A DNA stretch of 64,000 nt. Source: Octopus sinensis (taxonomy: Eukaryota). A program made the translations under genes and the position numbers. Location of the stretch: positions 60,214,464-60,278,463 of the forward strand of contig NC_043011.1 in the NCBI RefSeq assembly GCF_006345805.1, given 5' to 3'. Numbering within the stretch: the stretch's first letter is position 1; every line of letters begins with the position of its first letter. The notes below the pieces were generated by a model, which searched no databases, was not told the origin of the DNA, and saw only the letters and a list, made by a program, of their open reading frames with translations. Of this stretch, positions 27,141 through 39,671 are shown piece by piece.

Positions 27141-28331
27141 TGTTAAATGAATGAACAAACGAATGAAAGAATGCTTCATTTGTGAATTAATATGGGTATT
27201 AAAATAGGTCTTGAAGTTAGGATTGTGGTGTTTTAATAATTAAGACCAGAGCTGAGAAGACAAGAAGTTCAATCCTGGTATATAGTTACCAGTTTATTTT
27301 GCTGGTCTGGCATCAAAGAATGGGGGGTGATAACAAAGGTGTATAAATAAATAATAAGCAGAAATTGGAAAGCTGTTGGCACGAAATTTACATCAATTTT
27401 GAAGCCAACCAGGATGTGAGAAGTTTTGTCTATTTGAAATGAGTAGGGACATGATCAGGAAAGCTAATATTAATCGTTGAGTTTGCAGCTGTGCTATGTA
27501 GACCTGTTAGACAAACAACAATACTCAACACTTTCTTAAGTCAAAACAACAAACAAATAAAATGAATACACACACACACAACAACAACAACAATGAAAAC
27601 TAATAAATAAACTAACTTATCAAATAACTAATTTATGTAAATGGAAAGAATATAGATATATTAGGATTTGTTATCAGAGTTGTATGTGTTTGCTTTCACA
27701 CATACTAAACTGCGTCTGATTTAAATCTTTTTTTATTTCTTTATTTCTGTTTTTTTTTTTCCATGAATATCATTCTAGAAGAAAGCATTTATTCTCTGAA
27801 ACAGCTAATATAACAACCAATTATAAGAACTTTATCTCATAATACACATATTATACATAAATATATAGATATGTGCTTGCACATAAATACAAGCATGCAT
27901 ATGCTTGCACAGTGAAGGTGTGTACTTGAAAGGTTAGAGCAGCCATGGGCAACCATTTTTGAGAAGAGGGCTGCATGAGACATAGCACATCATCAAACAG
28001 GCTACACTAGTAATAAAAAAGAAATAGACGAAGAAATTCAAAGTAATTTTTCATAGGCATGTCATCCAAAAAGTCCCACAGACTGCATGCATCCTGCTGG
28101 CCTCAGTTTGCCCATAACTGGGTTAGTGTGTTGACCTCGTGACTGTAAGGTGATGTGCTTGATTCATGGACCAGGAAGCACATGGTGTGCTTAAACAAGG
28201 CCCTTCATTTTACATTGGTTCAAGCTATTCAGATGAGAAAAAGGGTACCAGCACACTGTTGGCACAACCTTGTCTACTTCCAACTGCTACATCCTCAATG
28301 CTCCAGAGATCATGGATGAAAGGCTCTAGAA

Positions 28332-28420
28332 TAGTGGTGTGGTTCCCAACCTTTTTACTACTAAGGACCCCTTTTATTTAAATGAGTTTTCCTGTGGACC
28401 CCTTTTACTATGCTTATCCT

Positions 28421-28480
<60 letters not shown>

Positions 28481-28759
28481 ATGATAGATCGTTAGCCACT
28501 ACACACATTTTTTTTTCTCTCCTTGTTTTTTCTGTGTCCCTTTCTGTAGAAGAGCATAGGCTCGAAACATAAAAGACTTTTTCTATTCCTGAGTGTTATA
28601 CTAATACATCTGTTTGTTTTGTACATCACCTGTCTTCATCTTTTGTTTTTTTCGTAAATTCTCCCTATATACATATGAAATTTTGAATTTAGTTCACAGA
28701 CCCCAGTACTACCTTTGCAGGCCACTAGGAGTCTGTAGATCACAGGTTGGGAATCACTA
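28332..28759. mobile_element. hAT-type MITE with 8-bp target site duplication
   Basis: TIRs tagtggt(gtggt)tcccaacct / aggttgggaatcacta; identical flanking ctctagaa at 28324-28331 and 28760-28767. Confidence 0.85.
28478..28668 (+). mobile_element. Second copy of the same short repeat, nested in the hAT MITE
   Basis: ccatgatagatcgttagccactacacac...gaagagcataggctcgaaac...cacctgtcttcatcttttg; preceded by (TA)n. Confidence 0.55.
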
Positions 28760-28917
28760 CTCTAGAAAGTGACCATGTCAGTTACTGACAACAGAAGCAC
28801 CTACTACAATTAGCAAAAGCATAGTATGAGCTACCAAGTCATTCTTGCTCACAAATGAAGGCTACATATGATGTGCATGCGCATATAATCATTAGATTAG
28901 CTCTTATATATCATCAT

Positions 28918-29110
28918 AATCATCATCATTTAATATGTCCATTATCCATGCTAGCATGAATTGGATGGTTTGACAAGGATCCAATGAGTTGAAGGACTGC
29001 ATCATACTCCAGTGTATGCTTTGGTATGATTTCTAGGGCTGGATATTCTTCCTAATGACAATCACTTTACAGTGTATACTGGGTGCATTTCTCCATGCCA
29101 CCAGCATGAA
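28918..29110 (-). mobile_element. Family C copy (reverse), inverted relative to 29514-29742
   Basis: (cat)n, tccatgctagcatg, cttcctaatgacaatcactttac. Confidence 0.7.
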
Positions 29111-29133
29111 AAGATGTGTGTGTGTGTGTGTGT

Positions 29134-29175
<42 letters not shown>

Positions 29176-29232
29176 GTGTGGGTGTCTGGGGAGAATAAAG
29201 GAGAAATAGCAGCACACACAAGTCTCTTCAGA

Positions 29233-29513
29233 GCAACCATACTCTAGGATATGCCAATACATAGTAATAGAGAGGTCAAGGCTAATAGGTTGGATATTGT
29301 TGTCAGGGACCACCAAGAGAAAATACTTTCTAATCAACATATCAGTCCCAACAGATGACAATGTATCTCTAAAAGAAACAGAGAAACTCTTGAAATATGA
29401 AGATCTAGAAATAGTGATAATGTAAATGAGGGGCTTGAAGACAGAACTAATCTCGACAATTAATAATAGGTGCATTAAAAGATATACAAATGCATAAGCA
29501 AAATACCAGGACT
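29233..29513 (+). mobile_element. R4/Dong-like non-LTR retrotransposon, restriction-like endonuclease (RLE) domain fragment
   Basis: ATIL*DMPIHSNREVKANRLDIVVRDHQEK / LINISVPTDDNVSLKETEKLLKYEDLEI / IIGALK, the PD..D-K-Y RLE motif set. Truncated by a SINE-like copy at ~29514. Confidence 0.85.
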
Positions 29514-29742
29514 TATGGCCGTTGCCAGCCCCGCCTGGCACCTGTGCAGGTGGCATGTAAAAAGCACCCACTACACTCACGGAGTGGTTGGCGTTAGGAA
29601 GGGCATCCAGCTGTAGAAACATTGCCAGATTAGACTGGAGCCTGGTGCAGCCTTCTGGCTTCCCAGAACCCCGGTCGAACCGTCCAACCCATGCTAGCAT
29701 GGAGAACGGACGTTAAACGACGATGATGATGATGATGATGAA
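29514..29742 (+). mobile_element. Family C copy
   Basis: Same core and (GAT)n tail as 334-609; truncates the RLE fragment upstream. Confidence 0.85.
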
Positions 29743-29961
29743 TATTTATAACATACAGAAAACAGCACTGCTAAGCACTACACACATCCTATGTAAATCA
29801 CTTTCAATAAGTAGAAATAACAACACCAAAACAAACCACAGCACATACCAAGGCACACAGAGCTGTGCTCGGTAGTGCAGTGAAAGCACATGATAAAAAT
29901 AAAACTAGTGAATGATAATAATGATAAAAGTTATTATTTATTATTATTATTGCTATTACAA

Positions 29962-30426
29962 TTATAGACATCACACAGTATACAATATCATGATTGAAGA
30001 TATTGTATCGACCGGGGGTTTATATTGTTTGTCAAGTCACAACAAGGACCTCAGACAGACTGCTTTACACAATATGTGTGCAGTTCCAAGTAATGCCAAC
30101 TTTTGTAATACATCTAGATTGTAGGGTATTTCTAAGGTTTTCAGATGTTTTTTCAGATTGGGTGGTATTGAACCCAATGCTCCGATAACAACAGGGATAA
30201 CCTTTATGTTAGACTCTCGTAGCTGTCACATCTTAGTGATCTCAATTTTGGGGTTCCCATATTTATCAACCTTTTCTCTTTCTATCATGATGATGTGTTG
30301 ATCTCCTGGCATTGCTATGTTGATTATTAGGCCCTCTTGTTTGTCCCTCCTAAAGGTTATTATATCTGGCTTTTGGTGCTCTAACACTTTGTCTGTCTAG
30401 GAATCCAAGCCCCAGAGGATTTTAGC
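29962..30426 (-). mobile_element. Second R4/Dong-like RLE 3' end, flanked by AAT microsatellite
   Basis: AKILWGLDS*TDKVLEHQKPDIITF...IINIAMPGDQHII..EREKVDKY / KVIPVVIGALGSIPPNLKKHLKTLEIPYNLDVLQKLALLGTAHIL, the characteristic RLE C-terminus. Confidence 0.88.
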
Positions 30427-30427
30427 T

Positions 30428-30463
30428 TATTATTATTATCATCATCATTATTATTATTATTAA

Positions 30464-30494
<31 letters not shown>

Positions 30495-30545
30495 ATTATT
30501 ATTATTATTATTATTAATATTATTATTATTATTATTATTATCATT
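30428..30545. repeat. (ATT)n microsatellite
   Basis: Directly visible; abuts the RLE fragment. Confidence 0.95.
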
Positions 30546-30555
30546 ACTAATATTA

Positions 30556-30985
30556 AGACAGTGAAGTAGGCGTATCATAAGCATGTTGGACAAATTGCTT
30601 AGTGGCCTTTCTTCAGTCTATTTAGATTCTAAGTTCAAATTCCACCAGGGTTAGCTGTACCTTTCATCCTTTAGGGGTCAGAAAAATAAGTACTGGTTGA
30701 GCACTAGGATCACTGTAATTGACTACCCTGCCAAACAGAACTTCAGGCCTTATGCTGATAGCAAAAAGGATTATTATTGTTGTTATTAGCAAGGTGGCAG
30801 GATTGTCAGAATGTTGGACAGAATACTTGCCAGTATTTCTTCTGGATCTTAATCTCAGCTCAAATTGTGCTGAGATCAGTTTTGCTTTTCATCTTTTTGG
30901 AGCCTATAGAATAACGTACCACTTACGTATTGGGGATGATGTAATTGAGTAACCTCTCCCACTAAAAACTACTAGCCATGTACCA
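30556..30985 (+). mobile_element. Two tandem older family B copies
   Basis: ttctaagttcaaattccacc...cctttcatcctttaggggtcagaaaaataagtactgg, then a second copy from ~30790. Confidence 0.7.
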
Positions 30986-32015
30986 AAATTCGAAACTATT
31001 ATAATCACTATTGTAACTCACATCAAAGAAGAAAATTTCTCACTATCAAAATGTAAAAAACTTTCCAACAAACAACAGAACCACCAGCAGTGATTATTTT
31101 ACAAGCATAAATAACTTTTTATCTGATATTTTTTTCTACAAAAATAATGCTCGATATTTCTCTCATAGCTATGCTCTTAGTGGATTTGAAATATTTTGCT
31201 ATTTTTCTTTAGTTTTAGAATTTCAAATATTTTATTCATATTTCTATGCCTCAGAGTAACACAAAGCTCATTATGCTTAGAATTAACAAAAAACTAAAAA
31301 CAAAGCAAATAAAATGTAATACAAAATAAAATTAGGCATATTATCACATCAATAATAATCTTATTTAATTAAGCTTGTTATTTGACATAGCTGTTATTTC
31401 CCTCGTGAACAATAGATAATTTGAAACTTTCAGGAATATTCCTCAGCAAACTGACAACCAAATTGAGTCACACTTAAATCATACTGCAATCTTAAATCAT
31501 TCTTCCCAAGATCACAGGCTACATACTTTCATATATTTGAATATCAAATTATGTTAAAGAAAAACATACAACAATGGCCTTTGGGTATAACATATTTCTC
31601 CAAACTCCCATTATATTTTTTCTCCTATTTGGAAAAGAGAATCTTTCCCGAATATTATAGGATTATTAGACAACCTATGCAAAGTAACAATACGTTTTCT
31701 CTGTTTTTATTCATTGACATCACCTTACATATTTTGCCTAACTTCTCACCTACATTTCCCAAAGTCTTTTTCTAATACATTTATAGCCTTTACTTGCACT
31801 GCAATGCTTTAAGCAAATTACAATACTCTTAAAAACAAGGTGATTTATTTATAGCAATTTTATTTAAATTCCGACATTGGCATTAACTTGTAGATTCAAC
31901 AACTTGATTAAATAAAGATAGCTTCCTTCTGTTGCTATTTTTAATAATAAATTATTTGCTTATATCCATGATGGAAACTATCGAGAATAAGTATTGTTTG
32001 AAGTAATATTGTTGG

Positions 32016-32044
32016 ACTACTACTACTACAACTGCTACTGCTAC

Positions 32045-32079
<35 letters not shown>

Positions 32080-32109
32080 ATAATAATAATAATGATAATA
32101 ATAATAATG

Positions 32110-32146
<37 letters not shown>

Positions 32147-32170
32147 TAATAATGATAATAATAATAATAA
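32016..32170. repeat. (TAC)n/(AAT)n compound microsatellite
   Basis: Directly visible. Confidence 0.95.
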
Positions 32171-32454
32171 AAGGTGATGCCTCAGCAGATGAAAATCAAA
32201 TGGAAGGTAAAATCAGAAGCAGAATTAGGCAACAGGTAAAAACAATTTAGTTCCATTAGTAGAACATGGAATCTCTAACATTCTGGTAATTCTAACAGTA
32301 TTATCTAAAAGAAAGAAAAAAAAATTAAAAGAATTCATTTACTTCAGGTCTAAGGTGTGATACAAATTGAATTATTGTGTAAATTTCTCCTGACTGCATC
32401 TGTAATATGTAATATGTATAAAAGTTTTCAAGCAAATCCTAAAAGCTGCTGCAA

Positions 32455-32463
32455 ACTTACCTG
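32455..32463 (-). other. Juxtaposed 3' and 5' splice sites (candidate recursive splice site)
   Basis: Minus strand ttacttttatctacag|gtaagt with ~75 nt AG-free U-rich upstream zone; same strand as the DGK exon. Confidence 0.5.
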
Positions 32464-32547
32464 TAGATAAAAGTAATTTGAATAAGTAATTAAATAAAAG
32501 GAAATAATTATAGATTTTAATTAAATAAATAAAACAACTGGCTGTCA

Positions 32548-32737
32548 TCTTTGAAGACTGATATTTCAAATTCTTCTTCAATTTGAAATTAAAACTTAAA
32601 TACCTTACAACGAAAGACAATTAAGAAATTACATCTTTTTTTTTTTTTGTTGTGGTGGAAAAGAAAATTTTCAGAATATAATAAGCGTTACATAGAGTGT
32701 AAAGTTTCTGATGTCTCACCCAATAAAAATATTTAAT
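32548..32737. repeat. Copy 1 of ~190 bp diverged direct repeat
   Basis: Colinear with 33653-33839: tttgaagactgat, ggtggaa, agaatata and an identical 21-mer cacccaataaaaatatttaat. Confidence 0.8.
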
Positions 32738-33174
32738 AACTTGTGCTTGATTTTCTATACTGGCTTGGGTTGGATGGGTTCCTTCCATCATTACATCTTG
32801 CTATTATTTTTTGTAAAGTTCATCATTATCTTCTTCATGAAATCCAACATTCTCAGATGAAAGTTCAAATCTTTTCACAAACAAATAGTATAAAAATTCG
32901 AATGTGCATTGAAATACCATTGGGTTGCCAGAATTAACTGAGCATCAGACAAAATACTTTGTGGTATTTAGTTACTACACTTCATGTTCTGAGTTCATAT
33001 CTCACCCAGTTCGGCTTTTCCTTTCTTCTTTCTAAGGTCAATGGAACAAGCACCAAGCAAAGCACAGGGAAGAGAGGGGGAGTGATATATAATTGACTAA
33101 ACCACAGAAGGTGGCACTCCAGTATGACCATAATAAAAACTAAAAGTAAAAAAAAAATACTCGAATATACTTAC

Positions 33175-33258
33175 TGTACAGTCTGGATCCATTACGTAAC
33201 AGCTGTCTCCTGAAGCACTTGTTTCCACCCAAAGATGTTCTGTTGATACTGCGATATC
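33175..33258 (-). CDS. DGKZ: Internal coding exon (84 nt, phase 0/0) of a type IV diacylglycerol kinase (DGK zeta/iota, rdgA-like), N-terminal half of C1A domain
   Basis: Minus strand reads ttgtag|GATATC...TGTACA|gtaagt and translates DIAVSTEHLWVETSASGDSCYVMDPDCT. This matches the recalled type IV DGK motif (DGKI [46 protein letters not shown]). The symbol is family-level only; zeta and iota cannot be separated in an invertebrate. Confidence 0.9.
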
Positions 33259-33652
33259 CTACAACATTAATATAAAAAAAAACCTACTATGAAACAATGC
33301 AAGGCAGAAGCACATTCTATACAACAAATAAAAAAACATTTCTAATACAAAAATAGAGCTTTCAGATCCAAAGTCAACAGAGTCTGAGTCAAGGTATGCA
33401 ATATGGCATTCAAGATGTGTTGTTGATGTTGCTTAACCTCAGACTGGTCTTTATTGAGCAGATTTATTATCAAGGGCATTTAAGGTCTGACCATCAAAAC
33501 TAGTGTGTTATGTTTCCTTTTGTTACAATCTCAAACAGTGTAAGTTGATGAGAGATTGCTACTCTTTCTAATATGTCAAGGAACTACATAGAGGCTCCCT
33601 CACTGGTTCACAAAAACATGTAATTTGGGGTGCAGTAGAACACTCAGAACAC

Positions 33653-33839
33653 ATTTTGAAGACTGATGATTCAATTTTTTTCCTTGATTTGTTGCTAAAA
33701 GTTGAAATTCTGACAATAAAATAAATTTCAGAAATTTCAGATTTTTTTTTCTTTGGTGGAAGGCAATATCAAGAATATAGTGTACATTAGATAACAAATG
33801 ATATAGAATCTAATTCCCCACCCAATAAAAATATTTAAT
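33653..33839. repeat. Copy 2 of ~190 bp diverged direct repeat
   Basis: Offset ~1100-1105 nt from copy 1 at each shared anchor; 21-mer at 33819-33839. Confidence 0.8.
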
Positions 33840-35261
33840 GGAGTCAAGATGAACTATGTAAGATATAGTGTTGCAGTGGTGTGTATTAATGCAGTGAAGA
33901 TGAGTTGTGTGAGAAGTAGTGTTGAAGTCAGAACATTCAAGCACAGCAGGGAATGAGTGTATGAACATGGTAAGTGTGGTGCAATGGAGGAGTTAAGATA
34001 AGGGAAGTGCAATTCTGAAGTCTGAATGTGTTGTGCACAGCAGGGTGTGGTTGTAAGAATATTAAGTGAAGCAGAGTGCAGAAGTTGAGATGCAGTATTG
34101 AATTTAAATGTATTGTGTGAGGCACAGTACACAATATAATGTGTGATACCCAAGACAAAATGCCTTTTTTTTTGTTCAAAGGGTTTATATATTATCAAAG
34201 GCAGAGATGAAGACACATGTGCCAGAAATGGCCTCAGCTTTTTGTGATTTATCAGAACCAGCTAGACTCAGAATTTAGACCTTTGCAGCAGCTATTTCAG
34301 TTTGTATATTCATATTTATCAAACCCACACAAGAAATTTAACCCATGTCAGCATGGAACATGGGCATTAAAAGAGGGTGTTGTGAAAGTGTCAAAAAACA
34401 ATTTAATTTTCAATTTAAAACACTGAAAAATTATGATAGATATGAATATTTAAGACACAGATTTGTTACAAAATATTTAGAGGTCACAGACATTTAAATG
34501 AATGTTTATCTTCATCAAAATTAAATCTATTATATTTAAATAAAGAGCTTTACTCAGAAACAGAAATGTAATTTAAGGATGGCTGAATCATGATTAGTTA
34601 CACCAAAAGCATCAGAAAACCTATTTCCCATAGCTGAGACTTAAGAAAAAGAAATTTAATTTTGATAATGTGTTACTAATTGTAAATATACTGAATACAA
34701 GGAAATTATGTACTGATATAGCAGCTAAAAAGATTGCTGGAGATACTGACCTACAGCAATGCATTTCTAGAAATAGTACGTTTATTTCATTAGATGTAAT
34801 TATTTACTGCAACAAAGAAATACTGATGTTACAGTGATGAGTAAAGTTTGAGCCATTTTCAAATGAGTTCTCGCTGTGTACACAAAACTATCAGCATAGA
34901 AATTTCATCCATTACACATTATTCCATGCCACGTTCCTGCCTCTTGTAAAATGTGGCACCAACACAGAACTACTATAACTCCATTTAGATAATGATGCCA
35001 AGAAGTTCTTGAGATATAAATGGACTTTAGAATGTTACTGTTACAAACTAAGCACAAAGGACTAAAAAATGAATATGAAAATGCTCTGATATTAAACTTG
35101 AACAAGGTTGGATTTTCAATATAAACATATGCACATGGGTGTGTGTGTATGTGTTTGACATACCACCACTAGTTGAAATCAGTGTTGTGCCAAAAAGGTA
35201 ATTAAGCACTTAAAATAGTACCAGGCTGAAATAAGAATTGGGGTAAACACGAACAACTAAA

Positions 35262-35670
35262 ATTGGGCCTCATGGAGGCAAAGTGGCTGAGTTCCTTTCA
35301 AGTGCTGGGCTTCATGGAGGCAATGACCAAGACGTTTGACATTATGTTTTGCTTGAGAAATAGACCCATCAAGCCGAGCAAAATCACAGTTGTGACAGAT
35401 ATCGGTGTCACACAAATTGATGCTCGTGACGGTGGCATGTAAATACGCCCAGGTGTCACATAAATGGTATCCATGTCAGTGGCATGTAAAAAGCACCTAT
35501 TGCACTCTTAGAGTGGTTGGCATTAGGAAGGGCATCCAGCTGTAGAAAACCATGTCAAATCAGACTGGAGTCTGGTGCAGCTTTCCAGCGTGCCAACCCA
35601 GTCAAATCGTCGAACCAATGCTGGCATGGTCAATGGATGTTAAATGATGATGATGATGATGATGATGATG
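35262..35670 (+). mobile_element. Family C copy (longer 5' portion)
   Basis: ggcatgtaaaaagcacc...gagtggttggcattaggaagggcatccagctgtagaaaac...(gat)n. Confidence 0.8.
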
Positions 35671-35742
35671 AAGGATGAACATGAAATGAACCCAAGAGAA
35701 TTTTAACTCAAAGAAGGCTGAATCAAATGATGTATATATTAA

Positions 35743-35960
35743 CCTTTTTCATATCCTATTTCTATTGAAATACACTATTTCCATTTTAGTTAATTTGAAA
35801 ATAATGAAGAATTAATTAAAATAGCTTTGTTATAATTGAACTGGTGTTTGGAACATAAATTAACAGGATTTTTATGGAAGGTTTTAATTAAGATCAGGTT
35901 AAAACTGTAAGTTTGTATCATGGAACCAAGGCGAGTTTTGGGTAAGTTGCTGTCAAAAGG
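35743..35960. mobile_element. Older piggyBac-like TTAA MITE
   Basis: ttaa|cctttttcata ... tgtcaaaagg|ataa: decayed inverted ends with one mutated TTAA. Confidence 0.55.
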
Positions 35961-36929
35961 ATAAACTTAGAACAGGGTGTACAGAAACAGTAATATATTA
36001 TTATGTTTCTTGCTGTGTTTTTGTTTTCTTTTTGCATTACATTGCAATTGGTGTGACTTGTTACAATCTGTAACTGCTTTGACACAATAAAAACAAAATG
36101 AAACAACTTTTTTTCACAATGTTCACAACATATTAAACCATCAGCACCACACAACAACTGCACTAAATTGTCCCTTCTGAACATTTTCCCCCAGTTCAAT
36201 TACAGGTTGTAATTAAGGCCATGGATGCTTAATAACCATAAATATTCTTGTAGTATGGTTCAGAAGAAGAAACGACAATTTGCATGGCACAAGGCCGATA
36301 GGAAAAATTTATGGTGGAATGAATTTGGCAAAAAATATAGTTTAAGTGAAGGTCATAGTTGGTTATTCATTACGTGATGGGTTCAGGCTTTCAAAGTACA
36401 AAAGATTTGAAAATGTGAGTACATGCACATTTTTGTAATAAGAGTATAAAAACCTGGTAGTTTTACACAAGTGGTATGAATATTTTTCATCATATTTAAA
36501 TATTTCTACTCAGGGAAAAGAAAAATATGCAAGACCAAGATTACAAAGTAGATGCTTGAATAGTATAAAGAAAATCGTTTGATCAATGTAATTAGCAAAC
36601 TGTGCCTATGGTTGTAGTAGTTATATTCTACTAATTAGAAAGAAATAAAGTTATTAATCATATTAGAAACACAAGAGAAAAATTCCCACCCTGTTATGAA
36701 CAATAACAAGGTTATGTACTGGGATATATTGATATTACTGTCAGTATGAAATCATAATCTAATTTCTCATATGAGAAAAGAAGTTTTAGCAATCGACTGA
36801 ATCATAAAAATACAAATATCACAGAAGATTTTTGGAGAATTAGTACAAATTAGAAACACTATTGCCACCACCACCATTCCCATTGGCATTATGGTTGTCA
36901 TTTTTATGCCTGTTTTCCAATGGTTTAGG

Positions 36930-37260
36930 TAGATATTTTCTTCAAATTACAATGTCTTGCCATGTACTATAGTAACATTTGGTATCCTGAAACCAGTTTT
37001 CACTACTACTTCTTATATGTTTCCTCCTTCTAAAGATTCCTTTCACTTGGCACTCCTTTACCCAACTGTCATCATACACATGTATTCTGTCTGTACCCAT
37101 GCTGTCTTCTTTCTTCCCTAACACAACCAGTGTTTTTCCTCCCAGCTTATTCCTGCTCTAACATTACACATCCATCAGACTGTACTAACCTCACTTGTTT
37201 CCTTTGCACATTCTTCACATTTAATGCCTATATTTCGCTCCTATGTAACATTGTACTTCA
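36930..37260 (-). mobile_element. RTE-like LINE 3' fragment
   Basis: Track ORF 36942-37124 contains DDSWVKEC.VKG...RRKH, resembling the decayed RTE tail GHVxRMxxDSWVKKC..VEG..GRGRP. Confidence 0.55.
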
Positions 37261-37807
37261 ACATAACCTTCACTGGAAGACAGAAACCCTCTGTTGTCAG
37301 CAAAGGTGATAGTTTGGTTATCGAAAACACTAATTAAACCTTCATAATTTTGTTTAATCTTTAGTCAGACAACTGCTATACTGACAGCATAATTAAACAT
37401 TAAAACATTCAAGAAACTTGATGAAAGAAACATTTTTGTAGCACTAATTCGATTAATTATAATAATTGTATTATTATTAGAAACTTGTAGTACTAATTAC
37501 TTTTAAGTAAGCAAACAAGACTGGAAATTAGAAATTAATAAATGCTACTTGATAATGCCAAACTAGAGAAAAATAACTTTAGACAATATTCTCTGTTTTA
37601 CATGAACTGAACTGAGAAAGTAAATTTTAAACAACACCAAATTTTTAAGACATTAATAGAATGTTTAGTCTGAGATATTAAAATCCTGCAATGAACTACT
37701 GAGATATTAATTAAGATTTGTTATTGCTGTTTGGCCCTAGGTCAACTATGATCCAGCAGACCTATGATCAAAGACCTTTCAGCCATGACCAGCCTGTGTT
37801 TTCAGAA

Positions 37808-38214
37808 ATACAGGTATGGTTATGTGATTAAGAAGCTTGTTTCCCAATCATGAGGTTTTGGGATAAGTCCTATGGTATGATACGTTTGGCAAGTGTTTAC
37901 CAAAGACTTTTGAGTGGATTTGGTAGAAGGGATCTGAAAGAAGCCCATCAGATACACATACACACACACACATGCGTACATACATACATATGTATGCTGG
38001 GTGTTCTTGTCTTGAGAGCACATGATGGATGTAAATGAGTGTCATTTGTTTCAATCTACAGTGAAAAACATGTCAAGCAGTAGGAAAATATCTGGAAACT
38101 GGAAGGCATCCAACAGGAAGGCATCCAGCCATGGAAAATCTATTACAAAGAATTTTGTCTGACTTCTGTAAACATGGAAATGCAGATGTTAAAATAATAA
38201 TAATGATGATGATC
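37808..38214 (+). mobile_element. Composite SINE (A head, C2 tail)
   Basis: gagtggatttggtaga...ctgaaagaagccc core, microsatellite, then aggaaggcatccagccatggaaaatct tail and (gat)n. Confidence 0.7.
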
Positions 38215-39611
38215 ATCTAATGTTATCTAAAACTACATTATCTAATAAGCACTTTGCTTTTATCAGATGCGAAACTGTGATTTGAAGGTGATCTGGCTGC
38301 TATTTCAAGTAAATCAAGGCTCTGTTGTTGACTTCTTCAAGCAGATTATTCATTCTGTTGTTGCTGAAGTCTAATAACTACTGCATTTTGTTGCTTTTTT
38401 TTTATTCTTTATTTTGGGTCAATATTAGTTATTGATATTTCTATCACAAGGCTGCTATAAAAACTAGAAACAATACCTACTGCTTTCTGGCAGCTGACAA
38501 GATGCCTTACAATAATTAAATTTGTCATATCCATGTGCTCTGCACATGTAATTCATGTGTGTATAAACATGCAGCTGTTATTGTCTGTGTATATCAGGAA
38601 CTTATTACATCAAATAGCATACACTATGTAAGTTCGCCTAAGCAGAATCTATGGGTGCCAGAAATAGACTGGACAGTGAAGAGCATATAACATGTCTTGA
38701 CTGAGATACTTTATCCCATACAATTCATCACAGCATGTCAGTGAGTGCAATGCGATTCTCAGCAGGGTGGAGATATGATATAAGATAGTGGCAGTGGTGG
38801 TAGGAGGAGGAGGAGGAAGAGAAGGAGAAGCAGTATCAGCAACTAACAATGCTGATTTAAAATGGCTGAACAAAAACCTTTACGAGCAAACTTTTTCGTA
38901 GAAGATGGTGATTTGGTAAATATGCTAATTTTGTGTCTGTTACTGCCATTGAGAAGTAAAAAGAAATTCTGATTCTGCAGAATTTGCAATGTTGCATGCC
39001 AGAACATTTTCAAAGTTGTTTGTTTATTCTACTTTTGTGTTGTGAATGACACTGCCATTGGCAACCATTTTCCAAAGGAATAATTGCAATTTTCTTTTAT
39101 TTATGAAGATGAGAATGACAGGGATTTGTATGCACACTTCATTCAGAACAAATTCCATATATGGCATTTTAAATTGAAGACACCAAGTTTTTAATTGAAA
39201 TTGCCAAGATTTTGCTCTTCTCAACAGCAGTCACATATTTCTCTGATATGCTTCAACAAAAGATATGCACATACATATGTATATGGATGCATGTATACCC
39301 AGTGAGTGTTGATCATGTGTATGTGCATGAAAGGAATTGATCATGTGTGTGTGTCCCCTTGTCATGACATTGAATGATAGTTGTAAATGATCGTCACTGT
39401 TATACAAGCAGTGTCATTCATTTCCAGTGTTTTGCAAGAAACGTGTCTGGCCATGAGGAAACATTATCATGTTTGGAAACAGACAAGGGTTGGCAACAGG
39501 AAGGGCATCCAACCATAGAAAATCTACCTCAATATATTCTGTCATACCCATGCGAGCAGGGAAAAGTGAACTTCATGATGATGATGATGATGATACAAAC
39601 TTTCACTTGTT

Positions 39612-39671
<60 letters not shown>

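Noticed and set aside
29062-29700. Longest track ORF (212 aa, minus)
   Set aside because: Chimera of a reverse-read family C repeat, the antisense of an RLE fragment and a microsatellite.
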